The position numbers and the translations under genes are program-made. 64,000 bases of DNA from an uncultured Bacteroidota bacterium (GTDB lineage: Bacteria; Bacteroidota; Bacteroidia; AKYH767-A; OLB10): assembly GCA_903847585.1 (NCBI GenBank), contig CAINEC010000007.1:8112-72111 (forward strand), read 5' to 3'. Position 1 is the stretch's first letter, and every line of letters begins with the position of its first letter. The notes under the pieces are model-generated. The model made no database searches. It worked only from the letters and a program-made list of their open reading frames with translations, and was not told where the DNA came from. Shown here piece after piece: positions 21,001 through 29,367 of the stretch.

Positions 21001-22561
21001 CAGCAGGGATACCTGTTCCATTTGAAGGAGAGTTAAGGGCGTTAATACCAACATCACCTGCACAAGGAATAGTAACACAGAAATCGTCAATCCAAAAACC
21101 TAAACGCTGAACAGAAATATCAGATGTAAATTTAAAACGGAACTGAATGGTTGGTTGTCCCATTAATCCAGTTACAGTACCAAGTTTATAGCTTGATTTG
21201 TTCCATACAGTTGTGTTTGGAACACCTGTCCAGGCATCAATTGTCCCCCCTGAAATTGTTCCATTATACCAATTTAATCCATTAGGGTCATTTTGCACCC
21301 CGATTGTTGTCCATGTAGGTGAAGCAACTGTAGGGTCAGATGAAAACTGTAAAACAACTCCATCATAATTGTTCTCAAGATTTGTTACTTGCCAGAAAGT
21401 CATGTTCGCTAAAGAAACACCTGCGAAGTCCCAGATAGGAGTTGAAACATAAGATTCACTATTATCTTGATAAGTTCCACTTAATGGAAAACCTAATACA
21501 TTGCTTCCTCCGTGTGGAGTAACAATAGACGTATTACCAATTTCCCATGGTGTACCCGCTACTGTATTGAATCCCCACAATTGTTGTGAACCAGAAACGT
21601 TTTCAAAGTCATCACAAAAAGGAATACTTGCACCATCACTAACAATAAAGCAAGATGTATCTGAAGAACCAATATTGAAGCAACCATCGTAAGCATCAAT
21701 GTACCAACAAACAGTGTCTCCAATGTTTGCAGGGAATAACTGTCCATACCAAGTTGTGTCTGGGTAGAACAAGAACATACCACCAGTTGATGAGTAAGGA
21801 CTACTATTTACTGAGTATAAAAGGTCTGCAAACTGAATTGGTGTAGGTGAGTTATCGTAGATATTAGCATAAACATCATAAGGACCTGTGTTATAAACTG
21901 GGCCATTCCAAGTTGGGAATCCCGGAGTGTTTACGATTGTTGGAGGAATCAATTCACATGGTGATGCAATCACTTCTAAATCATCTAATAACCAACCATA
22001 TCTTCCTGCCATACCGTTGTTACTGCTAAAGTCTACCAATGTAAAACGAACGATTACGTTGTTTGCATTAGCAGCCAAAACTGAAATGTCAAAACTTTCG
22101 TTTTGCCACCAGTTTGCAGCAGGTGCTGTTGGTGTACCCGGCGCCCATATTCCGTAAGAAAGCTCGCTGTAACGATTTCCTTGGTTGATAAAATCGGCAC
22201 TGCCTAGGTAGGTACTGTTAGTTCCAGTAACCTGCGTCCAAGTAGCCCCATTGTCGATAGAAACTTCAATTTTAGCAGTATCTGTAAATTCAATTTTACA
22301 AATTTGCTTAAAGTTTAACACAACATAGTTGTTTCCTGCAGTCGAAAATGAGTTGCTGGTTAATGTAACTGTCTGACCATTTCCATATTGCCCTCTGTAT
22401 GAGTTAGGAGCACTAGTAGAATAGTTAGCATCGATGTTCCAGCCAGGATTTCCTGCTGAGGTTAGACCATAAGGACCTGGTCCGTCGAAGTTCTCTGTGA
22501 ACTGCGCCTTTAACATCGTTACATTAACGAATAACAAAAGCGTAAGTATCAGTCGTTTCAT
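18026..22561 (-). CDS. Giant T9SS cargo protein with five MAM-like/choice-of-anchor modules alternating with CARDB-like Ig domains
   Basis: Signal peptide MKRLILTLLLFVNVTMLKAQ at the internal ATG 22561. Five repeats of (C)DDFE..G...W....W(E/Q)xG(T/N)P. C-terminal 80 aa (18026-18268) match a T9SS type-A sorting domain (NYPNPS...GMYMYTL...RRMVVTK). Confidence 0.8.
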   Translation of the reverse strand: MKRLILTLLLFVNVTMLKAQFTENFDGPGPYGLTSAGNPGWNIDANYSTSAPNSYRGQYGNGQTVTLTSNSFSTAGNNYVVLNFKQICKIEFTDTAKIEVSIDNGATWTQVTGTNSTYLGSADFINQGNRYSELSYGIWAPGTPTAPAANWWQNESFDISVLAANANNVIVRFTLVDFSSNNGMAGRYGWLLDDLEVIASPCELIPPTIVNTPGFPTWNGPVYNTGPYDVYANIYDNSPTPIQFADLLYSVNSSPYSSTGGMFLFYPDTTWYGQLFPANIGDTVCWYIDAYDGCFNIGSSDTSCFIVSDGASIPFCDDFENVSGSQQLWGFNTVAGTPWEIGNTSIVTPHGGSNVLGFPLSGTYQDNSESYVSTPIWDFAGVSLANMTFWQVTNLENNYDGVVLQFSSDPTVASPTWTTIGVQNDPNGLNWYNGTISGGTIDAWTGVPNTTVWNKSSYKLGTVTGLMGQPTIQFRFKFTSDISVQRLGFWIDDFCVTIPCAGDVGINALNSPSNGTGIPAGQPVNIDLTLENYGTAPQSNFDFTYTVNNGAPVTTQIAGPLTPGAQINYILNSITAQSGAFTVCMWTDLAGDCDHTNDSVCVSLVGIPTLTAPLCDDFESGNQGWSANVAPNQNAADVWELGTPGTGNPASAYSGSNAWDVNLNAAYGNNDLTYLYTPYLDMSNITTGELKFAMFYDAEKGWDGVILEYTNDGGVTWNYIPNDPNCAKDWYNENIPLQPNFTALDAWSGPASGWFFPSYKLCCLNNVLGSSTAVQFRFTFSSDGIITLNGGATIDDFCVTGTNGNDVGITVLGGGITNAPAGTPVSLIATLSNASATQTVTSIPISYVTSSGASASFVWTGSLAPCSNLDINLPPFNMVAGPVTVTAWTELPGDVNNLNDTASTIIYGQPTITPTYTNYYTDNFENGNIGWAPAADPLASAGNAWEFGTPNFGVTTGAFSPITCWDMNLTSAVAGATQAYLYTPYFDLTNAAGATLRFMQNRDMNTFGPDFYIEYCLNNNNTWTRLQPALTTDATNWYNNVDIWDDISGGWIKSEIKNLENATNGGTSPNLIQFRFVFANNFGTMDGVSVDNFELFVPIPLSVTPTVVNTTVQNQLLFPGQPVNFSGNIKNNGVFTINNHMAVLSIDGNIASSDFVDYSAIGGLATDSSKLHAFSTNWIAVPGYHEVCVYTYDPNNQTDNYQLDDTVCINVLVFDSVTTSQLPFCTDFESGSQWVTANSDSYAYDESWQMGNPTKPTLSGTHSGAKAWATDLSGNYTNIDSAGLFSALVRVEAGHCYKLEFWNRYKMEYGADGGGVDYSVDYGQSWNNIDYAGTPNIQLYGASPNYTYVTALNPSNPTVFGFTGNRTSWFKTEKTLDPGANTQMIVRWKFASDYSAVDEGWVIDDVCITDLGLCTPLGVNEIATDNFGLSQNYPNPSMTNTAIDFVIPEFGQVNITVTDLLGQTIAVLVDGNEGAGLHTVYFNTATLSEGMYMYTLNYNGKTITRRMVVTK

Positions 22562-22617
22562 AAGTAAGTATTTGGTTTTTTTCAGTTGGTTTTTTATTCT
22601 CAGATTTTGTGAATTTT

Positions 22618-22625
22618 CAAAAATA
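22618..22625 (-). promoter_or_regulatory. Candidate Bacteroidota -7 promoter box (TATTTTTG) for the cargo gene
   Basis: The minus strand reads TATTTTTG (TAnnTTTG consensus) about 55 nt upstream of ATG 22561. It lies inside the track ORF's N-terminal extension, which argues against that extension. No clear -33 TTTG seen. Confidence 0.35.
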
Positions 22626-22721
22626 GAAAAATTCTGATATAACACAGCATATCCTGCTCGATTTTTAGCACGAATTTTCAACAATTGTTTTACTTCTGTT
22701 ATGTCAATATCTTTTGCAATA

Positions 22722-22755
22722 AAAAAACCGAGGTAAACCCCGGCTTTTTCAATCG
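22722..22755 (-). terminator. Probable intrinsic terminator after hmgA
   Basis: aaaaaaaccgagg-taaa-ccccggcttttt: GC-rich imperfect hairpin with flanking A/T runs just downstream of the stop at 22766. Confidence 0.6.
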
Positions 22756-22765
22756 TTTTTTGCTG

Positions 22766-23923
22766 TTATTCAATCCATGATCTGTAGTAGTCGTCCGACA
22801 TGATTTTAACCCCTTCTTCGGTCAGCCAAAGTGGCTTAAATGTGTCAACCATTACAGCTAATTCCATTGTTTCTTTTTTTCCGATGCTTTTTTCTACTGT
22901 GCCTGGATGTGGCCCATGAGGGATACCAGCAGGGTGTAATGTTATTTGACCCTGTGTAACAGATTTTCTGCTCATAAAGTCTCCATCAACATAGTACAAT
23001 ACTTCATCAGAATCAACATTGCTGTGGTTGTAAGGCGCCGGAATTGATAACGGATGGTAATCATACATTCTTGGCACAAATGAACAAATTACAAAATTAT
23101 GCGCCTCAAATGTTTGATGAATTGGTGGTGGCATATGAAGTCTTCCTGTTATAGGCTCAAAGTCTTGAATATTAAAAGCATAAGGGTATAAATTACCATC
23201 CCATCCAATCGCATCAAATGGGTGGGTTGCATAAATATATGGATACACAATACCCTGTTTTTTAATCATTACTTTGAAGTCTCCCGTTTCGTTATGAGTC
23301 TTCATGTTTTCTGGTCTTCTGATGTCGCGCTCACACATTGGTGCATGTTCCTCAAACTGACCATAATTGTTCATGTAGCGCTTCGGAAACTCAATAGCCG
23401 TGAACGAATCAACGATAAATAGTCGGTTGTTCTCATCGTTAAAGTGTAGTTGAAATATGGTTCCTCTCGGAATTACTAAATAATCACCATACCCAAATTC
23501 AATATCTCCATAAATGGTCTTTAAAATTCCTGATCCTTTATGTACAAAAATCACTTCGTCGGCATCAGCATTTTTTAAGTAATAATCACTAATTGATTTC
23601 CTTGGAGCTGCAAGTGAAATATGTAAATCATTATTTACTAATACTGCCTTTTTGCTGTCAATATAATCATCCTCAGGCTCAATGTTAAATCCTAAAAAGC
23701 TCTGATGCTTTAAAAAGCGTTGAGCAACAATTTTTGGCTCTCTAGAAAATGGTTCTCCTAATGACTTAACCATAGTAGGAGGATGACAATGATAAATAAG
23801 AGAGTAAATGTTAGAAAATCCATGCGTGGAAACTAATTCTTCAGCATATAGTTCACCTTGTTCATTTCTAAACTGTGTATGTCTTTTGCGTGGTATCGAC
23901 CCTTGTTTGTGATATTGAGGCAT
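22766..23923 (-). CDS. hmgA: Homogentisate 1,2-dioxygenase
   Basis: MPQYHKQGSIPRKRHTQFR... N-terminus typical of the bacteroidetal HGD. Cupin core with HPAGIPHGPHPG. The track ORF extends to 23989, but the MPQYHK start is preferred. Confidence 0.85.
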   Translation of the reverse strand: MPQYHKQGSIPRKRHTQFRNEQGELYAEELVSTHGFSNIYSLIYHCHPPTMVKSLGEPFSREPKIVAQRFLKHQSFLGFNIEPEDDYIDSKKAVLVNNDLHISLAAPRKSISDYYLKNADADEVIFVHKGSGILKTIYGDIEFGYGDYLVIPRGTIFQLHFNDENNRLFIVDSFTAIEFPKRYMNNYGQFEEHAPMCERDIRRPENMKTHNETGDFKVMIKKQGIVYPYIYATHPFDAIGWDGNLYPYAFNIQDFEPITGRLHMPPPIHQTFEAHNFVICSFVPRMYDYHPLSIPAPYNHSNVDSDEVLYYVDGDFMSRKSVTQGQITLHPAGIPHGPHPGTVEKSIGKKETMELAVMVDTFKPLWLTEEGVKIMSDDYYRSWIE

Positions 23924-24018
23924 AATATTTTTTTGACTGATGCGAATATCGGAAATATATTCACTTTTTAGTCCGACAAATTTAGCCAATGGTTACTTTT
24001 GTATCCAAATTTTAAAAT

Positions 24019-25035
24019 ATGAAACTTGTCAGTATTAATACACCTAAAGGACCTGCTGTAGCATTTTATGTTAACGGAAAGATTTATCCTTATTCCGAAT
24101 TAGCAGCTATTATGGGCGTTTCAGCTCCATTTTCAATGAAAGAATTATTGGATGGTGAAGAGAAATCGATGGATGAAGCACGTAAAATGGAATTGAATAT
24201 CCTGGAAGGGAAAATAGATTATGTTGGTTTAGAATGGAACGCTGTTAATATGTTGGCTCCGGTTCCTCAGCCTACATCTTGTCGTGATGGTTATGCTTTC
24301 CGTCAGCATGTGGCCGCAGCTCGCCGTAATCGTGGAGTGGAGATGATTCCAGAGTTTGATGAATACCCGATTTTTTATTTTACTAACCATAATGCTATTC
24401 AAGGACCTGGAGATATTTATTGTATGCCGGACCATTTCCGTCAGTTAGATTTTGAATTGGAAGCTGCCGTTGTACTAGGTAAACGTGGAAGAAATGTAAA
24501 AGCCAAAGACGCAGATCAATATATTGCCGGCTATATGATTATGAATGATATGTCAGCGCGACTTTTACAAATGGAAGAGATGAAATTAAATCTCGGACCC
24601 GCTAAAGGAAAAGATTTTTCAACTGTTATTGGTCCTTATATGGTAACTCCAGATGAACTTGAAGCTTTTAAAGTGGCTGCTAAAAAAGATCACGAAGGGA
24701 ATAATTATAACTTGGCAATGAAATGCTGGGTGAATGGAGTGCAGGTTAGTGAAGGGAATATGGCTGATATGGATTGGACCTTTGCTGAAATCATTGAGCG
24801 CTGTGCCTATGGTGCGGATATTTTTCCGGGTGATGTGATTGGATCTGGAACTGTTGGTACAGGCTGTTTCCTTGAATTAAATGGAACAGGTAAATTAAAT
24901 GATCCAAATTATCCGGTTCAATGGCTTCAAGAAGGCGATGTTGTGGAAATGTCGATAGATGGATTAGGCTGCCTCCAAAACACAATCAAAAAAGAAAATT
25001 CCGATTTTTCTATTCTCAATCTAAAGAAGAAATAG
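24019..25035 (+). CDS. Fumarylacetoacetate hydrolase family protein
   Basis: FAH-fold motifs (DFELEAAVVLGK, MNDMSAR, GDVIGSGTVG). Divergent from hmgA, consistent with Tyr/Phe catabolism. Confidence 0.85.
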   Translation: MKLVSINTPKGPAVAFYVNGKIYPYSELAAIMGVSAPFSMKELLDGEEKSMDEARKMELNILEGKIDYVGLEWNAVNMLAPVPQPTSCRDGYAFRQHVAAARRNRGVEMIPEFDEYPIFYFTNHNAIQGPGDIYCMPDHFRQLDFELEAAVVLGKRGRNVKAKDADQYIAGYMIMNDMSARLLQMEEMKLNLGPAKGKDFSTVIGPYMVTPDELEAFKVAAKKDHEGNNYNLAMKCWVNGVQVSEGNMADMDWTFAEIIERCAYGADIFPGDVIGSGTVGTGCFLELNGTGKLNDPNYPVQWLQEGDVVEMSIDGLGCLQNTIKKENSDFSILNLKKK

Positions 25036-25045
25036 CATGAAACAG

Positions 25046-25080
25046 AAAAGTCCAGACATTGTCTGGACTTTTGTTTTTTT
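25046..25080 (+). terminator. Intrinsic terminator of the FAH-family gene
   Basis: gtccagac-att-gtctggac (8-bp perfect stem) followed by ttttgttttttt. Confidence 0.85.
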
Positions 25081-25098
25081 TAGACTTGGCCTTTAAAA

Positions 25099-25412
25099 TA
25101 TCAGAGGGGAGACAGGCCCCCCTCGTGATATCAACCTAAAAACCTAACCATTTCTTTTACATTAACTCTAGTTTAGTCAGCACGAAGTAGCCTTACGGGG
25201 CTACTTCATAACTGACAATCAACCTGAAAAGCTAACCATGCTTTTGATTAACTGATTTTTTAAATTTTAAGCTGTCTATTGAGAGTAGTCTTACGGGACT
25301 ACTCTCCAGACATTTAACCTAAAACACCAAAACCATTTAATCTTGCCTTACGGGGCAAAATGTTTTTATTGTTATGTGGAACCTTAAAAATCATAAACCT
25401 TACGGGGTTTAT
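25099..25412 (+). ncRNA. Candidate structured RNA: tandem array of five stem-loops with shared UUACGG apex and AACCUAAAA-type tails (no family recognised)
   Basis: Hairpins at 25099-25130, 25176-25216, 25274-25311, 25343-25358 and 25393-25412. The last four are capped by c(c/t)ttacggg(g/a). Tails: tcaacctaaaaacctaacca (25131-25150), tcaacctgaaaagctaacca (25219-25238), taacctaaaacaccaaaacca (25315-25335). The strand call rests on the U.G closing pair and a U-run after hairpin 4. Confidence 0.45.
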
Positions 25413-25574
25413 AAATTTTAAATCCAAATTATATCATGTTTTCAGAACGAATGATTCAATTGCTGAATCTGAGTTGTATAACGGAAGGTCGTTTTCTTTG
25501 GTTACATTTTTTTGAAAGTTTTTTTTATTTCAATTAATGTTACCCTAAAATCAAAATCAACCAACACTATTTTG

Positions 25575-25582
25575 TAATTTTG
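25575..25582 (+). promoter_or_regulatory. Candidate -7 box (TAATTTTG) for ribBA
   Basis: Matches TAnnTTTG 19 nt upstream of ATG 25601. No properly spaced -33 TTTG found. Confidence 0.3.
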
Positions 25583-25600
25583 CAGCGACAAAAAATAACC

Positions 25601-26818
25601 ATGGGAAGCTTTAAATTAAATACAATCGCCGAGGCATTGCAAGATCTGCGGGAGGGTAAGATTATTATTGTTGTTGATGATGAGGATCGTGAAAACGAAG
25701 GTGATTTCGTGATAGCCTCTCAAAGTGTTACTCCTGAAGTAGTAAATTTTATGGCTACACATGGCAAAGGACTAATATGCGTATCAATATCAGAATCACG
25801 CTGTGAGGAGTTGCAATTACCAATGATGGTCAATACAAACACAGCCTCTCATGAAACAGCATTTACAGTTTCAGTTGATCTATTGGGTAATGGCTGTACA
25901 ACTGGTATTTCTGCATCCGATCGTGCTAAAACTATTCAGGCAATGATTGATGTAAACACTAAGCCTTCTGACCTTGGTCGACCAGGACATATATTCCCGC
26001 TGAAAGCGAAAACTGGTGGTGTGCTTAGAAGAGCAGGTCACACAGAGGCTTCTATGGACCTTGCATCATTAGCTGGATTTTATCCTTCAGGAACGATCGT
26101 TGAAATTATGAATGAAGATGGCTCAATGGCTCGTCTTCCTCAATTAATTGAGATTGCAGAGCGTTTCAGTATGAAAATAATTTCTATTGAAGCACTTATT
26201 AAATATCGTTTAGAGCATGAAACATTAATTCATAGAAATATTGAAGTGGAAATGCCAACTGAGTATGGCGATTTTAAACTGATTGCTTACACTCAATCGA
26301 ACAACGGTATGGAACATCTTGCCTTAGTGAAAGGTGAGTGGACAATTGACGAGCCTGTGCTTGTGCGTGTGCATTCATCTTGCTTAACTGGTGATATCTT
26401 TGGATCATGTCGTTGTGATTGTGGTCCACAATTGCATCAAGCTATGAAGAAGATAGAAGCTGAAGGTAAAGGTGCAATCGTTTATATGAATCAAGAAGGT
26501 AGAGGAATTGGTCTACTTAATAAATTGAAAGCATATAAACTTCAAGAAGAAGGATTAGATACCGTTGAAGCTAATTTGCAACTCGGATTTAAAATGGATG
26601 AGCGAGATTATGGTGTTGGTGCGCAAATTATCCGCGACTTAGGTATCGCTAAAATGAAATTAATGTCGAATAATCCAACTAAACGTGCAGGATTAATTGG
26701 CTATGGATTAGAAATATTAGAACGAGTGCCAATTGAAATAGAGTCGAATGAACATAACGAGTTTTATCTTAAAACGAAAAGAGATAAAATGGGACATTTA
26801 ATAAAATCAAAAGATTAA
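25601..26818 (+). CDS. ribBA: Bifunctional 3,4-dihydroxy-2-butanone-4-phosphate synthase / GTP cyclohydrolase II
   Basis: [11 protein letters not shown] and GHTEAS (DHBP synthase half). [22 protein letters not shown] zinc site and NQEGRGIGL (GCH II half). ATG at 25601 preferred over the TTG at 25580. Confidence 0.95.
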   Translation: MGSFKLNTIAEALQDLREGKIIIVVDDEDRENEGDFVIASQSVTPEVVNFMATHGKGLICVSISESRCEELQLPMMVNTNTASHETAFTVSVDLLGNGCTTGISASDRAKTIQAMIDVNTKPSDLGRPGHIFPLKAKTGGVLRRAGHTEASMDLASLAGFYPSGTIVEIMNEDGSMARLPQLIEIAERFSMKIISIEALIKYRLEHETLIHRNIEVEMPTEYGDFKLIAYTQSNNGMEHLALVKGEWTIDEPVLVRVHSSCLTGDIFGSCRCDCGPQLHQAMKKIEAEGKGAIVYMNQEGRGIGLLNKLKAYKLQEEGLDTVEANLQLGFKMDERDYGVGAQIIRDLGIAKMKLMSNNPTKRAGLIGYGLEILERVPIEIESNEHNEFYLKTKRDKMGHLIKSKD

Positions 26819-26825
26819 TTTACTA

Positions 26826-28220
26826 ATGACACTTATAAAATCAATATCAGGAATAAGAGGAACCATTGGCGGAATTCAAGGCGATGGATTAACACCTTTA
26901 GATGTAGTGAAGTTTACAGCTGCCTATGCTGTTTGGTTGAAAAATCAAAATCAAAGTGAAGCCTGTAAAGTGGTTGTAGGACGTGACGCGAGAATTTCAG
27001 GTGAAATGGTTTCAGGTTTAGTGATTTCTACGTTGGTATCGATGGGAGTTGATGTAATTAATACCGGACTTTCAACAACACCTACAGTTGAAATGGATGT
27101 TCCGTTTCATAAAGCGAGTGGAGGAATCATTCTAACGGCAAGCCATAACCCTAAACAATGGAATGCTCTAAAATTGTTAAACAATAAAGGCGAATTTATT
27201 TCTGCAGCAGATGGAGAAGAACTTTTGAGAATAGCAGAAAGTGATGAGTTGATTTTTGCTGATGTAAATAAGTTAGGAAAGATTTCCGATGATCATGATT
27301 CTATTAATCGTCACATACAAAGTATTTTAGCATTACCTTATGTGGATGTAAATGCAATCAAGGAAAAGAATTTTAAAGTTGCTATTGATTGTGTTAATTC
27401 AACTGGTGGTATTGCTGTACCTGCTCTATTAAAAGCATTAGGAGTTGAAAATATTTTAGCGCTTTATTGTGAGCCTAACGGACAGTTTCCTCATAATCCA
27501 GAGCCATTGCCGGAGAATTTAACAGAGATAGCTAAAGAAATTAAAAAGAAAGGTGCGCATGTTGGATTAGTAGTGGATCCTGATGTGGATAGGCTTGCTA
27601 TCGTATGTGAAGATGGTGAAATGTTCGGTGAGGAGTATACGTTAGTAGCAATAGCCGATTTTGTTTTGCAACATAAAAAAGGAAATACAGTTTCTAATTT
27701 ATCATCAACTCGTGCGTTGCGTGATGTAACCGAAAAGCATGGCTGTACTTATGCTGCTGCTGCTGTTGGAGAAGTCAATGTTGTAACTAAGATGAAAGAA
27801 ACAAATGCAGTTATTGGTGGTGAAGGAAATGGTGGAGTAATTCTTCCAGAGTTACATTACGGACGTGATGCATTAGCAGGTATTGCAATTTTCTTAACGC
27901 AGCTTGCAAAGTATGGAAAGAGTTGTTCAATGTTAAGAGCGTCTTATCCTGATTATTATATTTCAAAAAATAAAATCGAATTAACACCGGAGATTAATGT
28001 TGATGAAGTACTAGAAGGGATTAAAACGAAATATTCGGCTCAACCAATTAATACAATCGACGGAGTTAAAATAGAATTCAATAAAGAGTGGGTGCACCTT
28101 CGTAAATCAAATACGGAGCCTATCATTCGAATTTATTCTGAAAGTGAATCAATGACAACTGCAGATAATCTAGCAGAGAAAATAATTTCCGATATCAAAG
28201 AAATAATCACATCTAATTAA
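26826..28220 (+). CDS. glmM: Phosphoglucosamine mutase / phosphohexomutase
   Basis: GIRGTIGG, active-site TASHNP, Mg loop DPDVDR and GEGNGG sugar-binding loop. Substrate assignment follows the usual annotation of this bacteroidetal form. Confidence 0.75.
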   Translation: MTLIKSISGIRGTIGGIQGDGLTPLDVVKFTAAYAVWLKNQNQSEACKVVVGRDARISGEMVSGLVISTLVSMGVDVINTGLSTTPTVEMDVPFHKASGGIILTASHNPKQWNALKLLNNKGEFISAADGEELLRIAESDELIFADVNKLGKISDDHDSINRHIQSILALPYVDVNAIKEKNFKVAIDCVNSTGGIAVPALLKALGVENILALYCEPNGQFPHNPEPLPENLTEIAKEIKKKGAHVGLVVDPDVDRLAIVCEDGEMFGEEYTLVAIADFVLQHKKGNTVSNLSSTRALRDVTEKHGCTYAAAAVGEVNVVTKMKETNAVIGGEGNGGVILPELHYGRDALAGIAIFLTQLAKYGKSCSMLRASYPDYYISKNKIELTPEINVDEVLEGIKTKYSAQPINTIDGVKIEFNKEWVHLRKSNTEPIIRIYSESESMTTADNLAEKIISDIKEIITSN

Positions 28221-28233
28221 TCAATCGAAATTT

Positions 28234-29367
28234 ATGAAAGTCTATCTCGATAATGCCGCAACAACAGCTATTCATCCCGATGTAGTAGAAGCGATGATTC
28301 CTGTATTGCAAAGTCAATTTGGAAATCCTTCTTCTATTCATGCTTACGGACGTGAAGTTCGTTCGTTGATTGAGACATCACGAAAGAAAGTAGCATCGTT
28401 GTTAAAAACATCTCCGGCAGAAATATTTTTTACATCCGGCGGTACCGAAGCTGATAATATGGCCATTCGTTGTGGAATGCATGATTTAGGCTTAAAGCAT
28501 GCTATTACTTCTGCGTTAGAACATCATGCTGTTTTGCATACGTTAGAAGAGCTTGCACATAAAGGAGAAATCAAGTTGAGTCTTGTTAATGTTGATGAAC
28601 AAGGTCATGTAGATTTAAATCATTTAGAAGAATTGTTAAAGAACAACGATCGTAGTTTTGTCTCTTTGATGCATGCTAATAATGAAATTGGAACATTGCT
28701 TCCGTTACAGCAAGTAGGCGATTTGTGCAGAAAGTATGATGCAATTTTTCATTCTGATACAGTTCAGACAATGGGACATTTTGAACATGATTTGTCATCA
28801 TTGCCGATTGATTTTGTCACTTGTGCTGCGCATAAATTTCACGGACCAAAAGGTATTGGATTTTTATACATCAATAATCGTGTGAAGATAAAGCCGTTTA
28901 TCACTGGTGGTGCTCAAGAGCGTAATATGCGTGGAGGAACGGAGAATGTTTATGGAATTGTAGGATTAGCAAAGGCATTAGAAATTGCTTACGCTGACAT
29001 GCAAGAAGATATGGCTCATGTAAAAGGTTTGAAAAATTACATGGCTGATCGATTAAAAAATGAAATTGAAGGAGTGAAGTTTAATGGTGATATAACAGAT
29101 GATAGTTTGTACACTGTTTTAAATGTATCATTCCCGAAAATCGATAGTGCTGAAATGTTGTTGTTTAATTTAGATATCGCTGGTATTGCTTGTTCTGCAG
29201 GTAGTGCCTGTTCTTCAGGAAGTAATGTTGGTTCTCATGTTTTACGCGGAATTAATGCAGACATGTCGCGACCATCTATTCGTTTTTCGTTTTGTCGCTT
29301 TACAACAAAAGAGGAAATTGATTATACCGTTGAGAAATTAAAGGAACTCTTTTTAGTTACTGCCTAA
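28234..29367 (+). CDS. Cysteine desulfurase (NifS/IscS class V aminotransferase)
   Basis: YLDNAATT, PLP-lysine context AAHKFHGPKG and active-site loop SAGSACSSGS. Confidence 0.9.
   Translation: MKVYLDNAATTAIHPDVVEAMIPVLQSQFGNPSSIHAYGREVRSLIETSRKKVASLLKTSPAEIFFTSGGTEADNMAIRCGMHDLGLKHAITSALEHHAVLHTLEELAHKGEIKLSLVNVDEQGHVDLNHLEELLKNNDRSFVSLMHANNEIGTLLPLQQVGDLCRKYDAIFHSDTVQTMGHFEHDLSSLPIDFVTCAAHKFHGPKGIGFLYINNRVKIKPFITGGAQERNMRGGTENVYGIVGLAKALEIAYADMQEDMAHVKGLKNYMADRLKNEIEGVKFNGDITDDSLYTVLNVSFPKIDSAEMLLFNLDIAGIACSAGSACSSGSNVGSHVLRGINADMSRPSIRFSFCRFTTKEEIDYTVEKLKELFLVTA

Noticed and set aside
15723-22157. Short ORFs embedded in the two giant genes (15723-15911, 16412-16618, 18535-18732, 21501-21692, 21559-21783, 21927-22157)
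   Set aside because: All are nested inside long, motif-supported reading frames, either antisense or out of frame. None has independent support.
22562-22684. N-terminal 41-codon extension of the giant cargo ORF (MLKIRAKNRAG...)
   Set aside because: A canonical signal peptide begins at the internal Met (22561). The extension also covers a TATTTTTG -7 promoter box, so it is probably 5' UTR or promoter rather than coding.
25099-25412. Possibility that the hairpin array is a CRISPR array, a tRNA cluster or a REP/BIME element
   Set aside because: There is no constant 24-48 bp direct repeat with regular spacers. The hairpins have no cloverleaf or anticodon architecture. REP-type elements conserve the stem sequence and often alternate in orientation, whereas here only the apex and tails are conserved and all units point the same way. 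A dispersed-repeat origin still needs a genome-wide check.
25036-25600. FMN riboswitch upstream of ribBA
   Set aside because: I looked for the conserved RFN core and did not find it. I cannot run a covariance model, so absence is provisional.
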